A stretch of 64,000 nt of DNA from an uncultured Geobacter sp. (GTDB lineage: Bacteria > Desulfobacterota > Desulfuromonadia > Geobacterales > CAIOGM01), in NCBI GenBank assembly GCA_903857795.1, contig CAIOGM010000077.1, forward strand, positions 15,121 through 79,120. Reading direction: 5' to 3'. Position numbers and translations under genes: made by a program. The notes beneath the pieces are model-generated. The model did not search any database and was not told the origin of the DNA. It saw only the letters and a list, made by a program, of their open reading frames with translations. Numbering within the stretch: position 1 is the first letter of the stretch; each line of letters begins with the position of its first letter. Below, piece by piece: positions 18,458 through 28,424 of this stretch.

Positions 18458-19993
18458 ATGACCGTACCATCAAACCGGCTGGCTGCTATTGATATCGGCA
18501 CCAACTCCATCCGCTGCATCGTGGTGGAGGCGGCGCCCAACGGGAAGTTCAAGATCCTGGATGACGAAAAGGCTACGGTCCGGCTGGGCGAAGGGCTCTA
18601 TCGGACCGGGGAGCTGACCCCCGCCTCGTGGCAGCGGGCGATCGAGGCCCTGGTCCGGATGAAAAAGGTGGTGGACGGCTACCGGGTCCGGGCAATCGAG
18701 GCGGTGGCCACCAGTGCGGTGCGCCAGGCCGCCAACGGCCGGGAGTTCATCGAACTGGTGGACCGGGAGGTCGGCATTACCGTCCAGGTGATCTCCGGTG
18801 AAGAGGAGGCGGAGCTGGCTGTTCTCTCGGCACGGCACAACTTCGACATGGAAGGGATTCCCCATGCCATGATCGATATTGGCGGGGGGAGCGTTGAGAT
18901 CATCACCGCCTTCGGCGGGCATGTGGAAGAGCTGGTCTCCCTGCCGCTGGGAGCGGTGGTTCTGACCGAGCGATTCATCAAGAGTGACCCGGTTGCCGCC
19001 ATGGACGAAGAGCGGCTCAGGAAATACATCCGGAGCTCCCTTCATGATCGTTTCGAGGAGGGTTTCCCGGCTTACTGCCTCCTCGGTTCCGGCGGGACCA
19101 TGAACGCCATCGCCTCCATGGTCATGGCCATGGGGAACGAGGGTTATCAGTCGGTTCACGGGTACGATATCCTCCGCTCCCAGGTGGTTCATCTCTTGGC
19201 CATGCTCCTGCGCAAGGGGTTCGGGGAGCGGCGGAGCGTCCCGGGGCTCAACGCCGACCGCTCCGATATCATCATCGCCGGGGTGACGGCGGTGGATGAG
19301 CTGATGCGGTTTTTCGGCGCAAACATCCTCAGGATCAATGAGCGGGGAATCCGGGAAGGGCTGATTCTCCGGGGGCTCCGCCGGCACGGGCTCCTCCCTC
19401 AGGAGGAGCAGCCACCACGGAGCTGGCGCGAGGTGATTCTGGAATTTGCCCGCTCCTGCCACTTCGACGAGGAGCACTCTCTCCATGTGACTCGTCTCTG
19501 TCTGACGCTCTTCGACCACCTTGCAGGGCAGTTCTGCCTGGGTGAGCGGGAGCGTCAGGTGCTGGAGGCGGCGGCCATTCTCCACGATGTCGGCTACCTC
19601 ATCAGCTACGAGAGCCATCACAAACACACCTATCTCCTGATCCGGCACGCGGAGCTCTTCGGTTTCACCCCCCGCGAGCGGGAGCTCATCGCCAATGTGG
19701 CCCGCTACCACCGGAAGTCCCTCCCCAAGAAGAAACACGAGAGTTATGCCCGTCTGGCGCCGGCTGACCGGCTCCTGGTGCAGCAGTTGGGCGGCATCCT
19801 CCGTCTCTGTGACGGTCTCGACCGCCGCCGGAACAGCCAGGTCCGTACCCTCGATTGTTCCCTCACCTCATCGACGTTTACCATCACGGTGGTGGATCAA
19901 GAGGATGTCTCGGTGGAGCTCTTCGGTGGCAGCGCCAAGGGGGATCTCTTCGAGATCGCCTTCGGCCGAAAGCTGCTGCTGACCACGGTGTGA
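18458..19993 (+). CDS. ppx: Exopolyphosphatase / pppGpp phosphohydrolase (Ppx/GppA) with C-terminal HD domain
   Basis: IDIGTNSIRCIVVE and IDIGGGSVE actin-like ATPase motifs, plus the HD block ILHDVGYLISYESHHKH. Confidence 0.85.
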   Translation: MTVPSNRLAAIDIGTNSIRCIVVEAAPNGKFKILDDEKATVRLGEGLYRTGELTPASWQRAIEALVRMKKVVDGYRVRAIEAVATSAVRQAANGREFIELVDREVGITVQVISGEEEAELAVLSARHNFDMEGIPHAMIDIGGGSVEIITAFGGHVEELVSLPLGAVVLTERFIKSDPVAAMDEERLRKYIRSSLHDRFEEGFPAYCLLGSGGTMNAIASMVMAMGNEGYQSVHGYDILRSQVVHLLAMLLRKGFGERRSVPGLNADRSDIIIAGVTAVDELMRFFGANILRINERGIREGLILRGLRRHGLLPQEEQPPRSWREVILEFARSCHFDEEHSLHVTRLCLTLFDHLAGQFCLGERERQVLEAAAILHDVGYLISYESHHKHTYLLIRHAELFGFTPRERELIANVARYHRKSLPKKKHESYARLAPADRLLVQQLGGILRLCDGLDRRRNSQVRTLDCSLTSSTFTITVVDQEDVSVELFGGSAKGDLFEIAFGRKLLLTTV

Positions 19994-20002
19994 CCTCTTG
20001 AT

Positions 20003-20923
20003 TCAGGGGGCGGAGACCGTCAGCACCGGGCTCTCTTCACCGTTGGGATTGATCACCTGAATCTTCACGCTCTTCGCAGCCCTATCATAGGGATACCGCT
20101 CATAGATGATCCTGGAACAGTTAACGAATCGGCTCTTCTCACGATCCGTGCCGTTATAGAGCTGTCTCCCGTCGATCACCAGAGTTGACCCCTGTTGGAA
20201 ATTGTGCCCTTCCAGAATCAGATCGTAGCTGTTCACCCGCTCTTCCCCCTGGGCCACGCTGTGAATGACCGGCTTCATATCTATATAGAAGGCCACGGTT
20301 CCCGAGACCGTATCATCGGGGTTCTTGACTTGGATGTTGTGCTGTCCGCCGAGGACGTTGTGGGGGACGGTGAAGGTGAGCGTTTCGGGTGAACCGTAAC
20401 CGCTTCGGATCGCCCCGCCGTCGAAGAGGAGCGCTGAACCCTCCTGGAAATTTCTGCCGGTGAGGGTGACGCTGCGCTCTTGGTCCGGGGCGCAGCCGAA
20501 CACCATATCGGGGGTGATGGCGTCGATGACCGGTTTCGGGGCCAGGATGGGGAAATTGTAGATTGCGCTGATGGCACCGTCGGGGCGTCGGAGGTAGAGG
20601 GCATAGAGCCCGGGCGCCACCCTGGGGATATCGAATTCGATCTGGTGGTCGCTGATCACCGCTGTCGGGACCGAGGAGGTGCCGAGCCAGGCGAGGGTGT
20701 CACTGGAAAATCCAGCTCCCATGAGACTGATCCGTCGTCCCGGTTCCCCTTGGGAGGGGATGATACTGAGTATGGTGTAGGGGGTGGGGGGCTCTTCCTT
20801 TGGAAGAGTGCCCGCAGACTTTTTTTGGGCTTTTTTGGTGGTGGCGGCCGCGGTCGGGGTCGGGGTTACAGCGAGGGCGGTCAGGGCCGTCAGGAGAAGG
20901 AGTGTCACGGCGAACGGTTTCAT
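20003..20923 (-). CDS. Secreted protein with repeated IPT/TIG domains
   Basis: Signal peptide. Three similar roughly 85-aa repeats end in GRNFQEGSALLFDG and GHNFQQGSTLVIDG. Confidence 0.55.
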   Translation of the reverse strand: MKPFAVTLLLLTALTALAVTPTPTAAATTKKAQKKSAGTLPKEEPPTPYTILSIIPSQGEPGRRISLMGAGFSSDTLAWLGTSSVPTAVISDHQIEFDIPRVAPGLYALYLRRPDGAISAIYNFPILAPKPVIDAITPDMVFGCAPDQERSVTLTGRNFQEGSALLFDGGAIRSGYGSPETLTFTVPHNVLGGQHNIQVKNPDDTVSGTVAFYIDMKPVIHSVAQGEERVNSYDLILEGHNFQQGSTLVIDGRQLYNGTDREKSRFVNCSRIIYERYPYDRAAKSVKIQVINPNGEESPVLTVSAP

Positions 20924-21006
20924 GGCGATTCCTCCGATAGTGAGCAGGCAGGGTAGAGACTCTCTTAGTGAAACTGCCCTTCGTGGATGAACGTTGGAGT
21001 GAAGCT

Positions 21007-22083
21007 CTACTGTTCCAGGGTCAGCATCAGCCAGATGCCGATCAGGGCGAAGATGATATTGGCGGACCAGGCGGCTACCAGCGGCGGCAGGACTCCGTTA
21101 TGCCCCAGGGAGATCAGCAGTGCGTTGAGGGCGAAATAGGCGAAGCCGATGGCCAGGCTCTGGCCGATGCCGAGTGCGGATGAGACCGACCGGCCGCTTC
21201 TGACGGCAAACGGCATCCCCAGGAGGACCATGACGCAGGCCGAGAAGGGGATGGCTGCCCGGGCATGCATATCCGCCAGGTAGCGGGTGACATCATATCC
21301 CCCCTTCTTCAGCTTTCGGACATAACGACTGAGTTGGAAATAGCCCATGTTTGAGGTGTAATCGGCCACCTTCTTGAGCTCCTCCAGGGTGAGCCGAAGC
21401 GGAATAACCAGCGTGGCGGAAGAGGGCGCCTCGGATTGGGCGCCGTCGCGGAAGGTCCAGACCACCGCATTTTTGAATTGCCAGCCCCCCGGCGTCAGAG
21501 TCGCTTCGTCGGCCTCAATCCGTTTCAGGGGTTGGTCCCCCTGCCGCTCCCAGAGGGTGACCCCTTTAAGGTTCTTTGTCCCCGGGTCGAACAGTTGTGC
21601 CCGCATGACCAGGGAACCGTCCCTGAACCAGATATTCTGCTGACGGAAGACGGCGCCATACTCGTTCCGTTTCAGTCTCGACTCTTCGATATCCCGGATG
21701 TTCTGACCCGTGACCGGGAGAATCAGCTCGTTGGAGATGAAGGTCAGCACGCTCAGGAGGAGGGCTGCAGCCAGGAGAGGGCGGCTGATGAAGTGGAGGC
21801 TCATGCCGCTGCTGCGCATGGCGGTCAGCTCATTGTTCCTGACAAGGGTGCCGAGAGTCAGAATAGTGGCGAGCAGGACGCCAAAAGGGAGAACCTGGGA
21901 GGCTATCTCAGGAATCTTATTGAGGAAATAGAAAGCGATGGTCCCCATCTCCACGTTGGACCGGCTGAACCTCCGCATCTTGTCCAGGAACTCGATGACC
22001 AGAAAGATGAGGCTGAAGGCGCCGAGACAGAGCCCCAGGAGGCGGAAGAAGAGCGAGAGGATGGCGCGGGTCAGAAGCTTCAC
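21007..22083 (-). CDS. lptG: LPS export ABC permease LptG (YjgP/YjgQ family)
   Basis: Six-TM permease with a central periplasmic beta-jellyroll region. It is paired with, and overlaps, lptF. Confidence 0.75.
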   Translation of the reverse strand: MKLLTRAILSLFFRLLGLCLGAFSLIFLVIEFLDKMRRFSRSNVEMGTIAFYFLNKIPEIASQVLPFGVLLATILTLGTLVRNNELTAMRSSGMSLHFISRPLLAAALLLSVLTFISNELILPVTGQNIRDIEESRLKRNEYGAVFRQQNIWFRDGSLVMRAQLFDPGTKNLKGVTLWERQGDQPLKRIEADEATLTPGGWQFKNAVVWTFRDGAQSEAPSSATLVIPLRLTLEELKKVADYTSNMGYFQLSRYVRKLKKGGYDVTRYLADMHARAAIPFSACVMVLLGMPFAVRSGRSVSSALGIGQSLAIGFAYFALNALLISLGHNGVLPPLVAAWSANIIFALIGIWLMLTLEQ

Positions 22084-23246
22084 GACCGGTTCCTCGGGAT
22101 AAATCTGGAGGTGAGCTCCTGCAGCCGCAAGGCCGAGAGCTCCAGCACTCTGAACCGCCGTTCCTGTGCCGCCTTCAGGAAGAGCCCGACGCCGAGGGTC
22201 GTGAAGAGGATATTAGGGAACCAGATGGCAAGCCCTGCCGGCAGGCTCTGACGGGAGCTGAGGGTGGCGCCGAGGGAGATGAGAATGTAGTAAACGAGAA
22301 GGATCCCGATGCTGAACGCAAATCCTCCGGAGCGGCCGCTCCGCCGGTTCTCGATTCCCAGGGCGACCCCCAGCAGGGCAAAGCCGAAGCAGGCAAAGGG
22401 GAGGGCGACCCGCCGGTAATATTCGTTGAGCACATCCTGGCGCACCTTCGGGGTGAGGGGGAGGCTGAGGGATCGCCGCAGTTCGCCAAAATCCATGAAC
22501 CGCTCGTCAAAGACGATGGGGGCGGTGGGTTTGGTGAAATTGATGACGATGTCGTAGCCGACGAAAGAGATGAGTCGATATCCCCCATGGGGCATGAGGT
22601 GATGGATGCTGCCGTCGGAGAGATGCAGGCGCACCGCGCGCTGAACGGGGTCTCGCCTGATGACCCCCTGGCGGGCAAAGATTGTGGACTGTTCCTGTCC
22701 ATCCCGGCTGTCATGGATGATGATGCCGGTCATGCCGGACTCCTGCCGGTTGAACCGTTCGGTATAGATGATCAGACCGGGAAACTGGTCATTGAACACC
22801 CCCTCCTTGAGATCAAGTGTCTGGGTGGTGTCCAGGAAGTCGAACATCAGTTTCCGGAAAGAGGTCTGCCCCCAGGGGAGGGCGTAAGCGGTGACAAATG
22901 CTGTCAGAGCGTAGGCGATGCAGGCGGCCGCCAGCACCGGTGGGAGGAGGCCGTAGAGGCTTATCCCTGACGATTTCAGGGCGGTGATCTCGTTGTCGGT
23001 GGAGAGTCGGGAGAAGGTGAGGAGCACCGCCAGCAGAAACGACATGGGGATCGTGACGAGAGAGAATGAAGGAAGCAGATAGAGAAACAGCCTGAAGATG
23101 TTTCTCAGCGAGACCCCGTTGTTGAAGACCAGTTCTGCTAGCTGCAGGATCTTCCCCATGAAGAGCACCAGGGTGACGACCCCCAGGGAGAAGAGAAACG
23201 TCGCGGCGATTTCACGGAAGAGGTAGCGGAAGATGATAGCTTTCAT
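22080..23246 (-). CDS. lptF: LPS export ABC permease LptF (YjgP/YjgQ family)
   Basis: MKAIIFRYLFREI N-terminus is typical of the family. The start is moved to ATG 23246. There is a 4-nt overlap with lptG. Confidence 0.75.
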   Translation of the reverse strand: MKAIIFRYLFREIAATFLFSLGVVTLVLFMGKILQLAELVFNNGVSLRNIFRLFLYLLPSFSLVTIPMSFLLAVLLTFSRLSTDNEITALKSSGISLYGLLPPVLAAACIAYALTAFVTAYALPWGQTSFRKLMFDFLDTTQTLDLKEGVFNDQFPGLIIYTERFNRQESGMTGIIIHDSRDGQEQSTIFARQGVIRRDPVQRAVRLHLSDGSIHHLMPHGGYRLISFVGYDIVINFTKPTAPIVFDERFMDFGELRRSLSLPLTPKVRQDVLNEYYRRVALPFACFGFALLGVALGIENRRSGRSGGFAFSIGILLVYYILISLGATLSSRQSLPAGLAIWFPNILFTTLGVGLFLKAAQERRFRVLELSALRLQELTSRFIPRNRS

Positions 23247-23423
23247 CGGCCGCATGATACATGAGAGGAGCAGGAGTGTAAATAACTTCGACTCCCCTTC
23301 ATACTGCTTACGGGGGAGGCGGAGAATTTTTTCAGACACTTTTGGCCTTGATTGGGGTATGCTTGCCGGCCCGGGCTCTTTTGTCCGGGGACAGACACTA
23401 CACGGACGTCAAGGAGTCAATCA

Positions 23424-24203
23424 GTGAAATATCTCATTACCGAATTCGGCAACCACATCGGCACCATCATCCTCAACAACCCGGAGAAGCGAAACAGTCT
23501 CTGTACGGCGCTCCTGGATGAACTGGTGGAGGCGCTGAACGAACTTCAGGAGCAGAAGGCCCGAGTGGTCATCATCCGCGCCGCCAAGGGGGCCAGGGTC
23601 TGGTCGTCGGGGTTCGACATCAACCAACTCCCCGAGCAGGGGAGGGATCCGCTCTCCTACAACGATCCTCTGGAAAAGGCACTGCGGGCCATCCAGCGTT
23701 TTCCAGCTCCGGTCGTCGCCATGATCGAGGGGAGTGTCTGGGGGGGCGCCTGCGATCTGGCCTTTTCCTGTGATCTCGCCTTCGGCGCCCACTCCGCCAC
23801 CTTCGCCATTACTCCGGCCAAGATCGGCGTCCCCTACAACTCCACGGGCATTCTCAATTTCATGAACATAGTCGGGATGCGGATCACCAAGGAGATGTTC
23901 TTTACCGCCCAGCCTTTGAGCGCCGAACGGGCCGTGACCTACGGCATTCTCAATCAGCTGATTCCCGAAGAGGTGCTGGAGCTGTTCACCTATTCGGTGG
24001 CGGAGCAGATCACCCACAATTCCCCTTTAAGTATCTCGGTGATGAAGGAGCAGCTGCGGATTCTCGGCGGTTCGGCCTCATTGAGTCCGGAGACCTTCGA
24101 ACGGATCCAGGGGTTACGGCGGATAGTCTATGACAGTGCGGATTACAAGGAGGGGAAGCTGGCGTTTCTGGAGAAGCGGAAGCCGCAGTTCATCGGGGAG
24201 TAG
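23424..24203 (+). CDS. Enoyl-CoA hydratase/isomerase (crotonase) family; methylmalonyl-CoA decarboxylase-like
   Basis: Crotonase blocks NNPEKRNSL, WSSGFDI and GSVWGGACDLAFSCDL. A GTG start at 23424 is preceded by AAGGAG. Confidence 0.75.
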   Translation: MKYLITEFGNHIGTIILNNPEKRNSLCTALLDELVEALNELQEQKARVVIIRAAKGARVWSSGFDINQLPEQGRDPLSYNDPLEKALRAIQRFPAPVVAMIEGSVWGGACDLAFSCDLAFGAHSATFAITPAKIGVPYNSTGILNFMNIVGMRITKEMFFTAQPLSAERAVTYGILNQLIPEEVLELFTYSVAEQITHNSPLSISVMKEQLRILGGSASLSPETFERIQGLRRIVYDSADYKEGKLAFLEKRKPQFIGE

Positions 24204-24262
24204 GGACGGCATCCTTCATGTACGCATAATCGACCTTTGAACCTGAAAACGGCAGCCGAAAT

Positions 24263-24380
24263 AACACGGAGCAACGGAGCAACGGAGAATATAAGTGTTA
24301 ACCGACAGGCGGGCTCAACTGAGCGCCTGACATCGAATTTTCACCTCTGGGTAGGCTCCGTTACTCCGTTGCTCCGTGTT
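24263..24380. repeat. 25-bp inverted repeat (24/25 match) around a 68-nt structured spacer, between convergent genes
   Basis: AACACGGAGCAACGGAGCAACGGAG (24263-24287) pairs with CTCCGTTACTCCGTTGCTCCGTGTT (24356-24380). An inner hairpin CAGGCG-N12-CGCCTG lies in the spacer. Confidence 0.8.
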
Positions 24381-24423
24381 TCAACTGCTTACTGTCATCG
24401 GGCCAGAGAGTTTTTCGTCTGAT

Positions 24424-24921
24424 CTATTCCCTCACGAAGGTGTCCACGTCCGACTCGTGGACCATCCCCATGAGCTTGGCGTACTCTGATTCGATGAGTG
24501 CGTAGTGGTTGTGAGTCTCCTTGGCGTTCAATTCAAAGACGTCCTTGACCTCCTGAACCGTGATCTTTTCCGCTGTCTCCCGGAGGGTCTTTTCCAGACT
24601 CAACTCCTTCTCCATGGCCAGTTCCATGGCCTTCTGCTCGTTGAAGTCCGCATCGACGGCCCTGGTCAGGGCCGAGATCCAGGACGATTCGTAATCCGCC
24701 GGAGCGGCCATGAAGAGGTCAAAGGAGGTGAGCTCTTCCCCTTTGTAGATGGCGAAGAACTGCTCGGCATGGCCTCGCTCCTCGCGGGCCAGGAGTTCAA
24801 ATACCCGCCGGGCTTCGGGATTCGTCATCCGCTGGGCCCCCAATTCGTAGAAATTCATGGCGTTTTTTTCCGTCTGCAACGCCCGCTTCACCGCTCCCTG
24901 CAGATCGATGGCATCAAACAT
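24424..24921 (-). CDS. Ferritin-like / rubrerythrin-family diiron protein
   Basis: E...EERGH and E..H helix pairs (TEKNAMNFYE, LAREERGHAEQF, ELAMEKELSLEK, AKETHNHY). The start is moved to ATG 24921. Confidence 0.6.
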   Translation of the reverse strand: MFDAIDLQGAVKRALQTEKNAMNFYELGAQRMTNPEARRVFELLAREERGHAEQFFAIYKGEELTSFDLFMAAPADYESSWISALTRAVDADFNEQKAMELAMEKELSLEKTLRETAEKITVQEVKDVFELNAKETHNHYALIESEYAKLMGMVHESDVDTFVRE

Positions 24922-25025
24922 GTCGTTTCTCCTGTTTAGCGTTGTGGGTACTCTTCTGTAAACCAGTGGAATAAACCATCCGGAAAGCAAAGTCAAGCAA
25001 TCCGGGAGTGGTACGTGAGGTCATC

Positions 25026-25943
25026 ATGAAACGTTATGCCTCCATCGATCTCGGGACCAACACGGTCCGCCTGCTCATCGCCACCGCCGGGCCTCACGGG
25101 GTGGCGCCGCTCCTGGTCAGCCGGCGAATTACCCGGTTGGGAGGCGGTTTTACCCGGGAGACGGGGCTCTCCTTTGAGGCCATGGCGCGGACTCTCCAGG
25201 CCCTGGCGGAGTTCAGCGCCGACCTGGAGCGCCATGGGGCGCCGCAGTTACGGGCCGTGGCCACCAGCGCGGTCCGTGACGCCGTCAACGGCGCCCGGTT
25301 CTGCGATCAGGTGCTGGCTCAGACCGGGATCAGGCTTGAGGTGATCGACGGTCGAGAGGAGGGGCTCCTGACCCTGCGCGGCATCCGCGCCGGACTGGGC
25401 GATCCCGGCGGGACGCTCCTGGCCTTCGATGTGGGGGGGGGGAGCACCGAGTATACCGTGGCGGAGGGGGGGACTCCCCGTTTCACCCGGAGCCTCCCCC
25501 TGGGGGTGGTCCGGCTTACCGAAGGGAAGCCGGACCTCGCGGCGATGACCGACAAGGTGGAGCGGGAGTTGGCGAACCTGGCCACCGAGATGGCCGCAAC
25601 CGGCGTCACAATTGACCCCTCGTCCTCGCTGCTGGTGGGGACCGCCGGCACCGCCACTACCCTGGCGGCCATGGATCTGGGGATGACCGAGTACGACTAT
25701 CGGTTGGTCAACGGTCACTGGCTGGCCCGTGACACGGTTGCTCTCTTCCTGGAGCGGTTGCTCCGGCTGACCCCCCGGGAGCGGCTGGCCATCCCCGGCA
25801 TGGAGCCGGGGCGGGAGGACCTCATCATCGCCGGGACCCTGGTGACCCTCAAGAGCCTGGACCGTTTCGGCTTCCCGGGGATGAAGGTGAGCGATTCCGG
25901 GCTGCTGGAGGGGATTCTCCTGGATCAGGCGCTTCCCGGATGA
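25026..25943 (+). CDS. Ppx/GppA-family ATPase-fold protein without an HD domain
   Basis: IDLGTNTVRLLIA and FDVGGGSTEY motifs. The roughly 305-aa length covers only the N-terminal two actin-like domains. Confidence 0.7.
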   Translation: MKRYASIDLGTNTVRLLIATAGPHGVAPLLVSRRITRLGGGFTRETGLSFEAMARTLQALAEFSADLERHGAPQLRAVATSAVRDAVNGARFCDQVLAQTGIRLEVIDGREEGLLTLRGIRAGLGDPGGTLLAFDVGGGSTEYTVAEGGTPRFTRSLPLGVVRLTEGKPDLAAMTDKVERELANLATEMAATGVTIDPSSSLLVGTAGTATTLAAMDLGMTEYDYRLVNGHWLARDTVALFLERLLRLTPRERLAIPGMEPGREDLIIAGTLVTLKSLDRFGFPGMKVSDSGLLEGILLDQALPG

Positions 25944-25966
25944 GGTAAACCGCCGTTATAAAGAAG

Positions 25967-25996
25967 TTGACACCGTGATCACTTTTTCGGTATAGT
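25967..25996 (+). promoter_or_regulatory. Sigma-70-type promoter for the iorA operon
   Basis: TTGACA (25967-25972), an 18-nt spacer, then TATAGT (25991-25996). Confidence 0.55.
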
Positions 25997-26049
25997 TCGC
26001 CGTTCCCCACCCGGGGCAATCCCCTATTTTGTTTCAGGAAACGAGGCGT

Positions 26050-27828
26050 ATGAAGGAAATACTTTCCGGCAACGAGGCCATTGCCCGCGGCGCATTCGAG
26101 GCGGGGGTGAAGGTTGCATCTGCCTACCCCGGCACCCCCTCCACCGAGATTCTCGAAAACATCGTCGCCTACCCCGGCATCGACGCCTCATGGGCGCCCA
26201 ACGAGAAGGTGGCCCTGGAGGTAGGGATCGGCGCCTCCTTCGGCGGCGGCCGAGCTCTGGTGACCATGAAACATGTGGGGGTCAACGTGGCGGCGGATCC
26301 GCTCTTTACCCTCTCCTATACCGGGGTCAACGGCGGTCTGGTGCTGGTCACCGCCGACGATCCGGAGATGCACTCGTCCCAGAACGAACAGGACAACCGG
26401 AACTATGCCAAGTTCGCCAAGGTCCCCATGCTGGAGCCGGCCGACTCCCGGGAGTGCAAGGAGTTTACCCGGCTCGCCTTCGAGCTCTCCGAGCGGTTCG
26501 ACACCCCGGTGATGCTCCGGACCACTACCCGCAGCTCCCACGGCAAGTCCATCGTGGAGCTCTCCGAGCCGGTGACCGGTCTCCCCGAGCCGAAGCTGGT
26601 CAGGAACGCGGCCAAGCTGGTGATGCTGCCGGGGAACGCCAGGGTGCGACACCCCTTTATCGAGGAGCGGACCCGCAGGCTGGCGGAATACGGTGACAGC
26701 GCCGTGATCAACCGGCTGGAGCTGCGCGATCCGACCGTCGGTGTCATCACCTCCGGGGTTCCCTATCAGTACGTGCGGGAGGTTCTCCCCAACGTCTCCA
26801 CCCTCAAGCTCGGCATGGTCCACCCGCTCCCCGCCACCCTCATCAGGGAGTTTGCCGCCAAGGTGGAGCGGCTCTTCGTGGTGGAGGAGCTGGACCCGTT
26901 CATCGAAGAGCAGGTGAAGGCCATGGGGCTCACGGTGGTCGGCAAGGAGATCCTCCCCCTCTGCGGCGAGCTCTCCCCCGCCATCGTTAGGAGGGCGTTC
27001 GCCGGCATCGGCATCGTAGGGGCGACGCATGCGTTGCTCCCACCCTTCATTCCCATCGACCTTCCCGGTCGCCCCCCCAACATGTGCCCCGGCTGCCCCC
27101 ACCGGGGGGTCTTCTTTACCCTCAACCAGCTGAAAGCCTACGTAACCGGCGACATCGGCTGCTATACGCTGGGGTTCATGCCCCCCTTGTCGGCCATGGA
27201 CACCTGCATCTGTATGGGGGCCTCCGTAGGGATGGCCGCCGGCGTCGCCAAGGTGGTCTCCGCCGAGGAGCAGCAGAAGATCGTGGGGGTCATCGGCGAC
27301 TCTACCTTCCTCCATACGGGGATCAACGGGCTCATGGAGATGGTCTACAATCAATCTCCGGCCACCCTCATCATCCTGGACAACCGGATCACCGCCATGA
27401 CCGGACGCCAGGACAACCCGGCCTCCGGGTTCACCCTCATGGATGCCCCGACCCACCGGATCGACCTGGCGCTTCTCTGCAGCGCCCTGGGGGTCAAGCA
27501 TGTCCGGACCATCGACCCCTTTGACCTGGCGGAGACGAAATCCGTGATCAGCGAGGAGATGAACCGCCCCGAACCGTCGGTGATCATCACCGACAAGCCG
27601 TGCGTGCTGGTGAAGCGGGAGGGGGTCTTCGAGAAGGGGGTACTCCTGGAAGTCTGCGAAGAGAGCTGTGTGGGCTGCCGCGCCTGTCTCAAGATCGGCT
27701 GTCCGGCCATCGAATGGCTCCCCACGGACGGCAAAAAGGGGAAATCCCATATCGACCCGCTCCTCTGCAGCGGTTGCGCTGTCTGCCATCAGCTCTGCAA
27801 ATTTGATGCGATCGGGAGGGTGATATGA
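26050..27828 (+). CDS. iorA: Indolepyruvate:ferredoxin oxidoreductase, alpha subunit
   Basis: TPP-binding blocks GDIGCYTLG and GDSTFLHTG. C-terminal ferredoxin motifs CVGCRACLKIGCP and CSGCAVCHQLC. Confidence 0.85.
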   Translation: MKEILSGNEAIARGAFEAGVKVASAYPGTPSTEILENIVAYPGIDASWAPNEKVALEVGIGASFGGGRALVTMKHVGVNVAADPLFTLSYTGVNGGLVLVTADDPEMHSSQNEQDNRNYAKFAKVPMLEPADSRECKEFTRLAFELSERFDTPVMLRTTTRSSHGKSIVELSEPVTGLPEPKLVRNAAKLVMLPGNARVRHPFIEERTRRLAEYGDSAVINRLELRDPTVGVITSGVPYQYVREVLPNVSTLKLGMVHPLPATLIREFAAKVERLFVVEELDPFIEEQVKAMGLTVVGKEILPLCGELSPAIVRRAFAGIGIVGATHALLPPFIPIDLPGRPPNMCPGCPHRGVFFTLNQLKAYVTGDIGCYTLGFMPPLSAMDTCICMGASVGMAAGVAKVVSAEEQQKIVGVIGDSTFLHTGINGLMEMVYNQSPATLIILDNRITAMTGRQDNPASGFTLMDAPTHRIDLALLCSALGVKHVRTIDPFDLAETKSVISEEMNRPEPSVIITDKPCVLVKREGVFEKGVLLEVCEESCVGCRACLKIGCPAIEWLPTDGKKGKSHIDPLLCSGCAVCHQLCKFDAIGRVI

Positions 27829-28403
27829 ACTCAACGGTAACCAACATCCTCCTTGTGGGGGTCGGCGGGCAGGGAATCCTCCTCGCCTCGGAGATCCTTG
27901 CCGAGACCGTCATGCTGGCGGGGTATGACGTGAAGAAGAGCGAAATCCACGGCATGTCCCAGCGGGGAGGGAGTGTGGTCTCCCATGTCCGTTACGGCAG
28001 AGAGGTCTTCTCCCCCACGGTGCCCGAAGGGGAGGGGGATATCCTCTTCGGTTTCGAGCTGATGGAGAGCTGCCGCTACCTGCAACTCATGAAGCCGGGA
28101 GGGAAGGTCATCGCCAACGACCTGAAGATCCAGCCACCGGCGGTGCTGAGCGGCCAGATGGCCTATCCCGACAACCTGCCGGAGCTGATCCGCTCCCGGT
28201 TCCCCGACTTTCTCCTGGTTGACGGTCAGCAGTTGGCCACCCAGGCGGGAAACCCTCGGGCGGCCAATACGGTCCTCCTGGGGGCGGTATCGAGACTCCT
28301 GGATATTCCCGAGGAGTTCTGGTTCAAGGCGCTGGAGAGGATGGTCCCGGCCAAGGCCCTGGAGGTCAACCGGAAGGCCTTCCTCATGGGGCGGGAGCTG
28401 TAA
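27825..28403 (+). CDS. iorB: Indolepyruvate:ferredoxin oxidoreductase, beta subunit
   Basis: GVGGQGILLAS gamma-domain motif and a 4-nt overlap with iorA. Confidence 0.85.
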   Translation: MNSTVTNILLVGVGGQGILLASEILAETVMLAGYDVKKSEIHGMSQRGGSVVSHVRYGREVFSPTVPEGEGDILFGFELMESCRYLQLMKPGGKVIANDLKIQPPAVLSGQMAYPDNLPELIRSRFPDFLLVDGQQLATQAGNPRAANTVLLGAVSRLLDIPEEFWFKALERMVPAKALEVNRKAFLMGREL

Positions 28404-28424
28404 CCACAGAGTACGGAGCACCTT

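Noticed and set aside
18307-18552. The long N-terminal extension of the ykgJ-like ORF (174 aa as called).
   Set aside because: The extension overlaps the divergent ppx promoter and start and is low-complexity. The conserved Cys-cluster protein begins at about 18306-18318.
24237-24422. A 61-aa ORF between the crotonase and ferritin-like genes.
   Set aside because: It lies entirely within the inverted-repeat element, and its peptide (SVTPLLRVS) is repeat-derived.
25433-25442. A second G10 tract, inside the short Ppx-like gene.
   Set aside because: The frame is intact here (it encodes V-G-G-G of the FDVGGGSTEY motif). I keep it as a control. It shows that G10 tracts can be stable coding sequence in this genome, which lowers confidence that the SPOR-gene G10 is a true phase switch.
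28404-28424. Short CTCCGT/ACGGAG motifs (also at 30262-30296, with a related motif at 2615-2640), possibly a further repeat family.
   Set aside because: They are too short and too few in this window to separate from chance. They are noted only in connection with the 24263-24380 element.
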